DNA from: a virus
Strand: one strand, 5' to 3'
IMG/VR virus record: IMGVR_UViG_3300008108_000011
Coordinates: 1-64,000 of that record
Length of the DNA stretch: 64,000 nucleotides
Positions 1-8,004 of the stretch are shown one piece after another (positions within the stretch are counted from its first letter, which is position 1; every line of letters begins with the position of its first letter). The notes beneath the pieces were generated by a model, which worked only from the letters and a program-made list of their open reading frames with translations, ran no database searches and was not told where the DNA came from. The translations under genes were made by a program, and so were the position numbers.

Positions 1-12
1 CTTTGTCTGCCA

Positions 13-225
13 TTAGAAAGGAAACTTAATACTTCCTGTATTTAGTTTAGGAATAGGTAGTTTCTCAAATGCCTTGTTGACCTGCTTCTCTACGACAGCA
101 CCAACAAATTTTTCAGGATTATCGAGAATCTTTTGTGCTTTTTGATAAGTAATGAAAGCACCGACTCCAATAGCAACACTGAATCCTAGACTTGTGATTG
201 ATAATGCTAGTGATAAGTATTTCAT
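13..225 (-). CDS. hypothetical protein with N-terminal TM helix
   Basis: 70-aa ORF with a hydrophobic N-terminus; last of a run of overlapping minus-strand ORFs. Confidence 0.6.
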   Translation of the reverse strand: MKYLSLALSITSLGFSVAIGVGAFITYQKAQKILDNPEKFVGAVVEKQVNKAFEKLPIPKLNTGSIKFPF

Positions 226-428
226 TCTGATACCTCTATTGCTGTAATGGCATCTACATACACGCCAGTTCTATCTGACTTTGTTACTGCTTCGTCTGCA
301 GTTTCAAATCTCATTGCTTTTGAAATGTCTCCTGTCCACTTAGGAGAGTCATTTTCATTGTCTTGGAAGTAAAGACAATCTCCACCAAAGACTTCTCTTG
401 CTGCTATGTATTTCATTCGTTCCACCAT
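222..428 (-). CDS. hypothetical protein
   Basis: 68-aa ORF; its stop overlaps the next start. Confidence 0.55.
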   Translation of the reverse strand: MVERMKYIAAREVFGGDCLYFQDNENDSPKWTGDISKAMRFETADEAVTKSDRTGVYVDAITAIEVSE

Positions 429-613
429 CCTTCTTCTTTATGTATAAAAACTTTCAAATCTTTTACATACTTTCTTAATATTTGTGCTTGTTCTTCATGC
501 CACATATCACCTGTCTCCATACGAAGACGAGTGTGGTTGTCTATGGCTTTGAGTATTTGGTGGATTGGAGCATTCCAGCATTCCCTCTTAGGGGTGTTCC
601 ATTCTCTTGGCAT
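413..613 (-). CDS. hypothetical cyanophage protein
   Basis: 66-aa ORF in an operon-like run. Confidence 0.6.
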   Translation of the reverse strand: MPREWNTPKRECWNAPIHQILKAIDNHTRLRMETGDMWHEEQAQILRKYVKDLKVFIHKEEGWWNE

Positions 614-720
614 GGGATAACAAGTGAGTTTATATCATTATAACGAAGATATTCAAGTTGACATTGCCCAGGGCTAATCTCAACATAACCAACAATCATA
701 AAAGCAATAAATTCCATCAT
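541..720 (-). CDS. hypothetical protein (59 aa, MMEFIAFMIVGYVEISPGQC...)
   Basis: Translated by hand; ATG overlaps the TGA of the upstream 33-aa ORF; overlaps 413..613. Confidence 0.4.
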   Translation of the reverse strand: MMEFIAFMIVGYVEISPGQCQLEYLRYNDINSLVIPCQENGTPLRGNAGMLQSTKYSKP

Positions 721-818
721 TTCTTTTTGCCACCGTTCTTTGCTTTCTTCGCTGTAGCATTACCAGAGTTCTGCTTGGCATTAGCAGACTTGCCTTTTTT
801 ATTTTTTGGCTTGCCCAT
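717..818 (-). CDS. small Lys-rich basic peptide (33 aa, MGKPKNKKGKSANAKQNSGNATAKKAKNGGKKK)
   Basis: Translated by hand; below the ORF-track cutoff; coupled to both neighbours. Confidence 0.5.
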   Translation of the reverse strand: MGKPKNKKGKSANAKQNSGNATAKKAKNGGKKK

Positions 819-1392
819 TGTTCTGAGGAGCAGGTAACATATTATTTATCTGTGGATACTTCACAACTACATCTGAACATATCTTAGCGTAAGGGCTTTG
901 TGGGTGAAAGCTGACACCAGATTTTATTGCTTCTCCACACTTCAATAATCTTACTAATTCAAAATCTAAACGTGCTTTATCTGCCTCGGCACTTTGTCTT
1001 TCTATTTCCGTTCGTGCTCTCTCCTTACAAAGTTCCGTTAAACTTCCATCCAGAGGAAAATTAAATCCCATACTGACACCAGCATTGCCGCTATAGGATT
1101 TGAAAGTTTCTGGATCATCACTACCGTTTCCTGTTGTTAAAACAAAAGGAGCAAAACTCATAGTGGGCCCTTGACAACTAACCCCCGCTCCGTATGTATT
1201 AACAGCATACGGCCCTTGGAGAACTTGAACCGCTTGGTTTGTAACGTTTCCAGTAGCACTAGCACTAGGACCAGCAATGTTAGTATTACTAGGAGCTGTT
1301 TGAGCCAGCACAGGCGATACATACAAACCTACTGTGTAAATACAGATACCGAGTTTGTGGTGGATTGTGTTTCTGTTGTTCTGTCTATCCAT
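799..1392 (-). CDS. secreted-type hypothetical protein (beta-rich N-part, Cys-containing coiled-coil C-part)
   Basis: ...SPVLA/QT signal-peptide-like junction; third gene of a coupled operon. Confidence 0.7.
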   Translation of the reverse strand: MDRQNNRNTIHHKLGICIYTVGLYVSPVLAQTAPSNTNIAGPSASATGNVTNQAVQVLQGPYAVNTYGAGVSCQGPTMSFAPFVLTTGNGSDDPETFKSYSGNAGVSMGFNFPLDGSLTELCKERARTEIERQSAEADKARLDFELVRLLKCGEAIKSGVSFHPQSPYAKICSDVVVKYPQINNMLPAPQNNGQAKK

Positions 1393-1688
1393 GTTTCTTT
1401 TGCCACTCCAGGACCGAGATAAGTTTCTGAGAACTGGAATGGAGCACCTTGAGTCATGATACTATAGTTTGCTCCCTGTTGAGGAGTGCCAGGAATGTTT
1501 ATATTAGTTCCAGTCACAGTATATGATGTGCCAGTTGTATATTCAACTTGACGAATTGTTTCTATAACTTTTGTAGTTGATTCTGTGGTTGCAGTAATAG
1601 TTCCCCTTGTGAAATTAGGAACAACCTGTTCAGCTAGGGCAGGACAAGATGACCCTAGCAGGAGCAACCCTGCTAGGATACGTCTCAT
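1329..1688 (-). CDS. secreted Thr-rich beta-strand protein
   Basis: MRR-hydrophobic-ALA/E signal peptide; resembles 1685..2146. Confidence 0.75.
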   Translation of the reverse strand: MRRILAGLLLLGSSCPALAEQVVPNFTRGTITATTESTTKVIETIRQVEYTTGTSYTVTGTNINIPGTPQQGANYSIMTQGAPFQFSETYLGPGVAKETWIDRTTETQSTTNSVSVFTQ

Positions 1689-2146
1689 TTGAATACGCTC
1701 AACTCAATGCTACGTTGTGCAGTTGCTGTAGTTCCAGCACCACCAGCAGTTACGGTAGGAACACCAGTAGGTGACAATGTACCAGCGAGAGAACCTTTGT
1801 CTCCTGCTAACTGAGTAACACTATCCCCATAAAGGTTGGGAGAAGCAATAACTCCAGCACTAACTGACTGAGTGGTGACTGGTGTATCAGCAGCATTGAA
1901 ACTTTCTGAGAAAGAGAATGCTTGACCTGCTGTATTGATGTTATAAGTTCCAGCACCATTTACACCGCCAAATGATGTTGCTTGAATATTTGTTCCTGAG
2001 GCAGAATACGATGCCCCAATTCTTGTTGATTGAACCGCTGCGCCCTGTACACCCAATTGAACGGAATCAGTAATTCTTGATGTAATCTCAGCAGCACTTA
2101 CAGGAGTAATAAAGAATAACGAAGAGATTAGAAGTAATCTTTTCAT
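1685..2146 (-). CDS. secreted Gly/Thr/Ala-rich beta-strand protein
   Basis: MKR-hydrophobic-VSA/A signal peptide; start reassigned to ATG 2146. Confidence 0.75.
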   Translation of the reverse strand: MKRLLLISSLFFITPVSAAEITSRITDSVQLGVQGAAVQSTRIGASYSASGTNIQATSFGGVNGAGTYNINTAGQAFSFSESFNAADTPVTTQSVSAGVIASPNLYGDSVTQLAGDKGSLAGTLSPTGVPTVTAGGAGTTATAQRSIELSVFK

Positions 2147-2176
2147 TGTTCTTTTGGTATTTAAAACGACCATTTC

Positions 2177-2184
2177 TATTTATC
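2177..2184 (-). promoter_or_regulatory. T4-type late promoter variant (GATAAATA)
   Basis: One mismatch to TATAAATA, upstream of the secreted-protein operon. Confidence 0.55.
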
Positions 2185-2188
2185 AAAC

Positions 2189-2217
2189 TTGACACCCAAC
2201 TAAATATGTGATATTAT
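2189..2217 (+). promoter_or_regulatory. sigma70-type promoter
   Basis: TTGACA-17nt-TATTAT. Confidence 0.6.
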
Positions 2218-2349
2218 GTTCTGACCCGATACTTAAGTGTCGGGTTTCGCATTATGAGAAAGTGATGTGACAATTAGTGCCGTGGAAAGTGCCCTTTGAG
2301 AAAAGGGTGTACCCCCTTTCTATACGGATGTAGAGTTCTATTAAAATTA

Positions 2350-2979
2350 ATGCAACAATTCTTTACTGTAGCCCTGCCCCTTCTGGCATCGGTTACAACC
2401 AACGTGGCAACGATGCCGATCTTTCCTCCTTTGACGACGCCTCCAGCGCCGTTTTCTGTTATTAAGGAGTTTGAAACGACAGCGACCAAAGAGGTTGCTC
2501 CTGAAAAGCCAAAAGAGAAAAGGCTAATTTGTAAAGGGTGTTCAGAACATGAACAACTTGCCTTGGATTATTTCCAAGATCAAGGAATTAAAGACAGAAA
2601 CGCCCTTGCTACCATCATGGGCAATATTAAGCAAGAATCTATGTTCGTGCCTAATATTTGTGAAGGTGGTGGTAGAGTCAGTTACTCTAGTTGCTATGGT
2701 GGCTATGGTCTGATTCAATGGACATCTGCCAACCGTTATTATGGATTGGGTGATTTCGCTAAGAAGTTTGGTGGTTCTCCATCATCACTTCACACGCAAC
2801 TTCGTTATTTAACGAATGAAGTTCAGTGGAAAGAAATTGAACCGCTTATGAAAACCCCTGGTAAGTCGATTTCTCGATACATGAACTATGCGTATAGTTG
2901 GATTGGTTGGGGCATTCATGGTGCCCGCACTTCGTATGCTCATGAGTATGCTAACCGACTGATTACGGTAGAAGTTTGA
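2350..2979 (+). CDS. phage tail lysozyme-like (Phage_lysozyme2-type) cell-wall hydrolase with N-terminal signal-like segment
   Basis: ALATIMGNIKQES...GYGLIQWT motif; start placed at MQQFFTVALPLL. Confidence 0.75.
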   Translation: MQQFFTVALPLLASVTTNVATMPIFPPLTTPPAPFSVIKEFETTATKEVAPEKPKEKRLICKGCSEHEQLALDYFQDQGIKDRNALATIMGNIKQESMFVPNICEGGGRVSYSSCYGGYGLIQWTSANRYYGLGDFAKKFGGSPSSLHTQLRYLTNEVQWKEIEPLMKTPGKSISRYMNYAYSWIGWGIHGARTSYAHEYANRLITVEV

Positions 2980-3021
2980 ACAACTGAATAAATATGGGGG
3001 AGTGCTGCAGACCTCCCCTAT

Positions 3022-3435
3022 ATGCCTCAGTTTAATTTTCAATTTGGAAAAAAGAAACCAGATAAAAAACAAATTATAATAGTTAGTATTGTATTATCAT
3101 CTATTATTGCAGCACTCTCACAATGCACTGGAGTATCCGAAAATGGATTATGGGATTTACTGGATGAGATTCAAAGAAAATATTTCCCACAAACTATTCT
3201 TAACGAGATTTTTATACAAGATCCTGACAAAATAGATAGAAGAATAAAACGTGATATAGATAAAGTAGTAGATGATTACTGGAAACAAACAGGATATAGA
3301 AAAGCAGAAGTATATAAACCTCGCTATATAGAAGAGGAAAACGACGAAAAGTTATGCTACAGTGATGAGTGCAAAGCACTCGCCCCTCCAATGAGACTCT
3401 GTGCTCCATGGCTTGACAACTGCCGCAAGCAGTAG
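3022..3435 (+). CDS. hypothetical membrane-anchored protein
   Basis: 137-aa ORF with one TM segment. Confidence 0.65.
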   Translation: MPQFNFQFGKKKPDKKQIIIVSIVLSSIIAALSQCTGVSENGLWDLLDEIQRKYFPQTILNEIFIQDPDKIDRRIKRDIDKVVDDYWKQTGYRKAEVYKPRYIEEENDEKLCYSDECKALAPPMRLCAPWLDNCRKQ

Positions 3436-3441
3436 TATAAT
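3413..3441 (+). promoter_or_regulatory. sigma70-type promoter for tRNA-Arg/Val
   Basis: Perfect TTGACA-17nt-TATAAT. Confidence 0.8.
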
Positions 3442-3453
3442 ACTTACATACAT

Positions 3454-3530
<77 letters not shown>

Positions 3531-3602
3531 GGGAGATTAACTCAGCGGTAGAGTGGCTGCCTTACAAGCAGTAAGTCGTTGGTTCGAATCCGACATTTCC
3601 CA
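3531..3602 (+). tRNA. tRNA-Val(TAC)
   Basis: Cloverleaf, loop CT-TAC-AA. Confidence 0.93.
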
Positions 3603-3611
3603 TATAAGATT

Positions 3612-3842
3612 ATGAATACATACTATATCTCTTTAATAGTGCTCTGTGCGACGATATATATTATCTGGCAGGATCCAAATGTGCCAGAATATATCAACCT
3701 CAGAATAAAACTTCTTCACATCAACTTTATTCGGTGGAGAATGGCAAGAAATATGAAGCGAGAACTTGATAGAGAAGCAAAGAAAATGCAAAAAGAAATG
3801 GCAGCGTGGTTAAAAGAAAAAAATGGCAAAGATCAGATGTAA
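3612..3842 (+). CDS. hypothetical protein, N-terminal TM plus basic helix
   Basis: ATG 3612 in frame with the ORF track. Confidence 0.6.
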   Translation: MNTYYISLIVLCATIYIIWQDPNVPEYINLRIKLLHINFIRWRMARNMKRELDREAKKMQKEMAAWLKEKNGKDQM

Positions 3843-4080
3843 TGCTTGTGGAACTGAGTTAGAAGTATACCAAGCAAATAAAAGTAAAGCATGTGGTTGT
3901 GATAACCAAACCATGCTAAGATTAGATAGAAATGGATTGCCTATTATCACAGGTAATGATCTATCTTTGGTCACTGGTATCGAAGGTGTCAGCAAACCTA
4001 AAGAGAAAAAGCTTGACAACCCCACACCAATGGAGTATACTAAGCGCATTCCAAGAAAGATGGAGTTTGAAGTTCGCTAG
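3823..4080 (+). CDS. Zn-ribbon hypothetical protein
   Basis: CxxC...CxC motifs. Confidence 0.65.
   Translation: MAKIRCNACGTELEVYQANKSKACGCDNQTMLRLDRNGLPIITGNDLSLVTGIEGVSKPKEKKLDNPTPMEYTKRIPRKMEFEVR
4013..4041 (+). promoter_or_regulatory. sigma70-type promoter
   Basis: TTGACA-17nt-TATACT upstream of tRNA-Ser(GCT) and the OMP/permease pair. Confidence 0.75.
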
Positions 4081-4167
4081 GAAGATTGGCTGAGAGGTCT
4101 AAAGCAGCGGTTTGCTAAACCGCCGAAGGGGTTAACTCTTCCGATGGTTCGAATCCATCATCTTCCG
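4080..4167 (+). tRNA. tRNA-Ser(GCT)
   Basis: Cloverleaf with long variable arm, loop TT-GCT-AA. Confidence 0.95.
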
Positions 4168-4211
4168 TTGCCCTTAAGTGGGCATTTCGTAAACAGATTC
4201 ATTAAAAAAGT

Positions 4212-4574
4212 ATGAAACAATTTATTGCTCTTGCCGCTCTCCCTCTGATGGCAGCACCTGCTATGGCAGCTCCTTATGTAGAGTCGAAGACAACTACCGC
4301 TCTGGTTGATGGTGATTATACTGGTGCTCAAACTGAACTTCGTGTTGGTTATCAACAAGAAGTTGGAACTGGTGTAACCGTCTTTGGTGAAATCGGTCCT
4401 GGTTACGAGTGGCGTAATGGCGAAGATGGTCAAGGCGTTGCCGTTGGTGAAGTTGGTATCAACTTCCCTATTGCTAATCAACTCTCTGGTAAATTCAAAG
4501 TTGCTGGTGAGTATGGTTTCGATTCCGAAGTATTCGGTCTAGGTGGTGAACTGAAAGTTCGTTATAGCTTCTGA
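4212..4574 (+). CDS. small outer-membrane beta-barrel protein
   Basis: Sec signal (AMA/A), alternating amphipathic strands, C-terminal ...KVRYSF BAM-type signal. Confidence 0.7.
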   Translation: MKQFIALAALPLMAAPAMAAPYVESKTTTALVDGDYTGAQTELRVGYQQEVGTGVTVFGEIGPGYEWRNGEDGQGVAVGEVGINFPIANQLSGKFKVAGEYGFDSEVFGLGGELKVRYSF

Positions 4575-4580
4575 TAAGTT

Positions 4581-5621
4581 ATGGATCTATTAATGGGTAT
4601 CTGGGAGAAGCTTCTGTTTCTCCCTTACATCATCGGCATCATGATTGTCGGTGGTCTCGTAAAACAATACGGAGTGCTTAACGAAGTATTCGTAGCACTT
4701 CGTAAAATCTTTAAGTCAAACAGACTTGTTGTTGCTGCTACCGCTTTAGCTGGTGGTGTTCTACCCATTGAAGGGCGTGTCGTTATGTCGGCACCCCTTC
4801 TGGATTCCATCGCTTCAGACAAAGCACAATCTCGTTCCAAGTTTGGCATTGTAGATTATCTTTCTACTCACCACTATTACTGGTGGTCGCCACTAGAAAA
4901 GACTGTGGTTCTTCCGATGGCAGCATTGGGTCTATCCTATACTCAACTGTTGGGATACACTCTCGTTCCTCTACTGATTACTCTTGGTTTTGCTGGAGTA
5001 TTCATCTTCAAGTATGTGAAGGAAACTGATGTAGAGATTATCCAAGAGACTCGTTCCTTTAGTTGGAATCGTCTTCTGAAAGGTTGGGCACCTATTGTTG
5101 CTACGATGTGGTTCCTGGTTTGCTATGGCGACCCTGATATGCCTTACCTGTTCTCTGTTTGGTTTGGTGGTCTTGCTGCTTACTATTCATTCATCTGTAA
5201 TGATTGGAAGTGGGGTCGTTATATCAATTGGAAGTTTGCTGGTCTTGCAGCACTGGTTCTTACCCTTGCTGCTATCATGGGCGAGATTAAAGAACCTGTA
5301 ATGGATTACCTGAAACTGACTGCTGCTCAGGGGTCTGCTGCCCTCGTGACGGTCTCTGTGGTAGGATTCCTGGCATCGTTCGCCATGGGTTCCTCAGGTA
5401 AGTATGCTGGCATCGTCTCGCTGCTTGCCAAGGCATTTGGTCCTGGCTACTTGACATGGTTCCTCTGCGTGGAGTATGCTGGTTACATCATCTCACCGAT
5501 GCACAAGTGTCTGCTGATTGGTCAGCAATACTTTGGCACTCCTATCAAAACTTATTACAAAGTTCTTGGTATGCTAATTGCTGCATTGGTTGGTTATGGA
5601 GCACTGACTCTAGTGTTCTAG
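4581..5621 (+). CDS. multi-pass inner-membrane permease, ion-transporter superfamily (DUF401-like)
   Basis: About 9-10 hydrophobic segments; LPIEGRVVMSAPLL and THHYYWWSPL resemble DUF401 motifs. Confidence 0.6.
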   Translation: MDLLMGIWEKLLFLPYIIGIMIVGGLVKQYGVLNEVFVALRKIFKSNRLVVAATALAGGVLPIEGRVVMSAPLLDSIASDKAQSRSKFGIVDYLSTHHYYWWSPLEKTVVLPMAALGLSYTQLLGYTLVPLLITLGFAGVFIFKYVKETDVEIIQETRSFSWNRLLKGWAPIVATMWFLVCYGDPDMPYLFSVWFGGLAAYYSFICNDWKWGRYINWKFAGLAALVLTLAAIMGEIKEPVMDYLKLTAAQGSAALVTVSVVGFLASFAMGSSGKYAGIVSLLAKAFGPGYLTWFLCVEYAGYIISPMHKCLLIGQQYFGTPIKTYYKVLGMLIAALVGYGALTLVF

Positions 5622-5624
5622 GGA

Positions 5625-5653
5625 TTGACAGATCTTAGACTCTCATATATAAT
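5625..5653 (+). promoter_or_regulatory. sigma70-type promoter
   Basis: TTGACA-17nt-TATAAT. Confidence 0.8.
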
Positions 5654-5666
5654 ATGAGGGTCACTT

Positions 5667-5751
5667 GGAAAGGTGGTCGAGTGGTTGAAGGCTCTAGTCT
5701 TGAAAACTAGCGATGTGAAAGCATCCGTGGGTTCGAATCCCACCCTTTCCG
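5667..5751 (+). tRNA. tRNA-Ser(TGA)
   Basis: Cloverleaf, long variable arm, loop CT-TGA-AA. Confidence 0.95.
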
Positions 5752-5876
5752 CTTGGTAGTCGTTATGCAGATAGCATAGAAAGACGCCAACTTCTACTAC
5801 GGGTATCTTCCGTAGTGTCGTAGATAGAGGGTAAGCCTCTGTTATATCCTTGAGGTATATTACGCTTACTCCATCA

Positions 5877-5950
5877 CGGAATGTAGCTCAGTTTGGTAGA
5901 GCACTCGCTTTGGGAGCGAGATGTCGCAGGTTCGAATCCTGTCATTCCGA
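5877..5950 (+). tRNA. tRNA-Pro(TGG)
   Basis: Cloverleaf, loop TT-TGG-GA. Confidence 0.95.
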
Positions 5951-5970
5951 TTCTTCTTTTGGAGATATTA

Positions 5971-6243
5971 ATGATTTCACAACTTGTTATTTACACCAGA
6001 GATCAATGTGAATATTGTCGCAAACTCAAGGTTATCCTTGATAGTTTTAATGTGAAGTATACACAGTATAAACTAGATGTTGACTTTGATCGCAATCAGT
6101 TCTATAATGAGTTTGGAGAAGGTTCGACTTTTCCTCGTGTGACTCTTGATGGTCAACTGCTTGGTGGTTGCACTGAATCAATTGAATATCTAACCAGTAT
6201 TGGTTGTCTGCAAGAAGAAAAAGACATGGAGTGTATGGTATGA
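5971..6243 (+). CDS. nrdC: glutaredoxin
   Basis: CEYC active site, TFPRV, GGC motifs. Confidence 0.85.
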   Translation: MISQLVIYTRDQCEYCRKLKVILDSFNVKYTQYKLDVDFDRNQFYNEFGEGSTFPRVTLDGQLLGGCTESIEYLTSIGCLQEEKDMECMV

Positions 6244-6404
6244 AAACTATTACAGAAGAAACTTTTTGCCACGACTTTGATGAAATTATGGATAAGGTAA
6301 TGCTTAATAAAGAAAGTTTTATCATTTCTACATCAGATAGTAGTGATGTTCTTCTGATGCCATATGAGAATTATGAACGAATATTTAACGGGGAGTTAGC
6401 TTAG
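6240..6404 (+). CDS. Phd/YefM-like antitoxin-domain protein (orphan)
   Basis: MKTIT..F..IMDKV....E..II....VLLMP.E.YE pattern; 54 aa. Confidence 0.55.
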   Translation: MKTITEETFCHDFDEIMDKVMLNKESFIISTSDSSDVLLMPYENYERIFNGELA

Positions 6405-6462
6405 TTGGTAGAGCGCCTGCTTTGCAAGCAGGAGGTCAGGGGTTCAAATCCCCTACTCTCCA
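6390..6462 (+). tRNA. tRNA-Ala(TGC)
   Basis: Cloverleaf, G3:U70, loop TT-TGC-AA. Confidence 0.95.
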
Positions 6463-6474
6463 TTTAAAATTTAA

Positions 6475-6546
6475 GGGGGTATAGCTTAATGGTTAGAGCG
6501 GCCTGCTTATAACGGGTTAGTCTGGGTTCAACTCCCAGTATCCCTA
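6475..6546 (+). tRNA. tRNA-Ile(TAT)
   Basis: Cloverleaf, loop CT-TAT-AA; several G:U pairs. Confidence 0.8.
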
Positions 6547-6569
6547 TATAAAATAAACAAGGGGGTTAA

Positions 6570-6785
6570 ATGGCATATCAAAACCAAACAGATTTTGAGT
6601 ATCATCTATTTGACTTCGGAAAAAAAGTAGAGTATATTATTGCTGCTGAGATGGCAGGTAAAGAAGATGCTAATGAAGCATATAAAAAAATCAAACACTT
6701 GTTCGAAGATCTTAAAAAATTTCGTAAGCAAGAGAAGAAACAAGAACATCCATTAGACTACGATCAAATTCCTGAACGTTATTAA
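6570..6785 (+). CDS. hypothetical protein
   Basis: 71-aa ORF with GGGG SD-like sequence. Confidence 0.65.
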   Translation: MAYQNQTDFEYHLFDFGKKVEYIIAAEMAGKEDANEAYKKIKHLFEDLKKFRKQEKKQEHPLDYDQIPERY

Positions 6786-6787
6786 TT

Positions 6788-7360
6788 ATGATTTCACAAG
6801 GATTAGTTGAAACTGAAGATGAAGATCCTGGATTTGAGATTACTCATCTGTCATTCAGAAGACGAGAATCTTCCCAACTCTATGGTGGCCCTGTGCATTA
6901 CTATGTTGGTAATATTGTATTCCGTTTGACTAACGAGGATGCCAAAGGTCGCATGGAATACATTATGAGAGAGAATGAGAGAGTTCGTGTAGCACCAGAC
7001 GAGAAGTTACACAACAAATATTATGATGGTCTTCACTTCAAGTTTGATACAAAAGAAGAAAGGGATGAAGATGGAGAAAAATTTTATCCATTAGATATCA
7101 TCAACAAACATGGCATCAAAGATGAAGATGTGTTCATCTGGGGTTACCGTCGTAACATGGATCCTCTTCATGACTTCATTCAATACAATGAGAAGTTCGA
7201 TTGTTACCGAATGCACGAATACTTCCAAGACACCCCAGTAGTTCGTGGTATAATACAGTATCTTCAAGACATGAAAGATGGTAAACCTAATCCAAGCCGC
7301 ACGGTCTATCATGAGCAGTTCCTCAACACGCTCACAAACCTCTGCTGGTGGTGGGACTAG
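6788..7360 (+). CDS. hypothetical protein
   Basis: 190-aa ORF. Confidence 0.75.
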   Translation: MISQGLVETEDEDPGFEITHLSFRRRESSQLYGGPVHYYVGNIVFRLTNEDAKGRMEYIMRENERVRVAPDEKLHNKYYDGLHFKFDTKEERDEDGEKFYPLDIINKHGIKDEDVFIWGYRRNMDPLHDFIQYNEKFDCYRMHEYFQDTPVVRGIIQYLQDMKDGKPNPSRTVYHEQFLNTLTNLCWWWD

Positions 7361-7493
7361 AACCTGCGCCAAGTGCAAGACCGAGCACCCCCTTGACACA
7401 GACCACTACCAAGTGGTAAAATACTTTCGTTCTGGTTTCTCCTACTATTGTAATGACTGCAACAAACCAAAGCCGCGTGAAGACAATCCTTGA
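7278..7493 (+). CDS. small Zn-finger protein (CxxC...CxxC)
   Basis: CAKC and CNDC pairs; start uncertain, overlaps neighbours. Confidence 0.4.
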   Translation: MVNLIQAARSIMSSSSTRSQTSAGGGTRTCAKCKTEHPLDTDHYQVVKYFRSGFSYYCNDCNKPKPREDNP

Positions 7494-7722
7494 GCGTTTC
7501 CCTTATCGCTACGTTCAAGCAGGCACTCTTGAGATTAATGGTAAACCAGATTACCGTATTCAAAAAATGTGCTCATATACTGGTCGTTACCGTGACATGT
7601 ATCTCTGTGATAATGAAATGCAGTTCATGACAGCGATTGAAGATTTTGAGTATACCAAGTGGCTTGACCCAGACACCGTTCCATGCTATATTAAAGGAGA
7701 TGACAATGAAGAAGATGAATGA
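7453..7722 (+). CDS. conserved cyanophage hypothetical protein
   Basis: LERFPYRYV...PDYRIQK...YLCDN pattern recalled from cyanomyophages. Confidence 0.7.
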   Translation: MTATNQSRVKTILERFPYRYVQAGTLEINGKPDYRIQKMCSYTGRYRDMYLCDNEMQFMTAIEDFEYTKWLDPDTVPCYIKGDDNEEDE

Positions 7723-7999
7723 CCAAGTAAAATATCAATTGCAACGTGCAGAAGATGCACTACGTTCGGCACTTGTATTTTCTGGTGAGGAAAGTGTTTA
7801 TGTAATCTCTGCTATTTCTAAGGCATTGATTGAGATTGATAATACTATGTTTGCTGAGCGTATTGAAGATGCTGCTAAGAAAGGAGATCCTGTAGCGCAA
7901 GGTTTAATTTCTGTTGATAAGAAAGAACGAGAAGATGGTAAATTTGAATATAACTTCTACTATGGTGATACTAAAATAACTGGAAATGTAGATCTCTAA
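7706..7999 (+). CDS. hypothetical protein
   Basis: AAGGAG SD upstream. Confidence 0.65.
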   Translation: MKKMNDQVKYQLQRAEDALRSALVFSGEESVYVISAISKALIEIDNTMFAERIEDAAKKGDPVAQGLISVDKKEREDGKFEYNFYYGDTKITGNVDL

Positions 8000-8004
8000 A
8001 TAAT

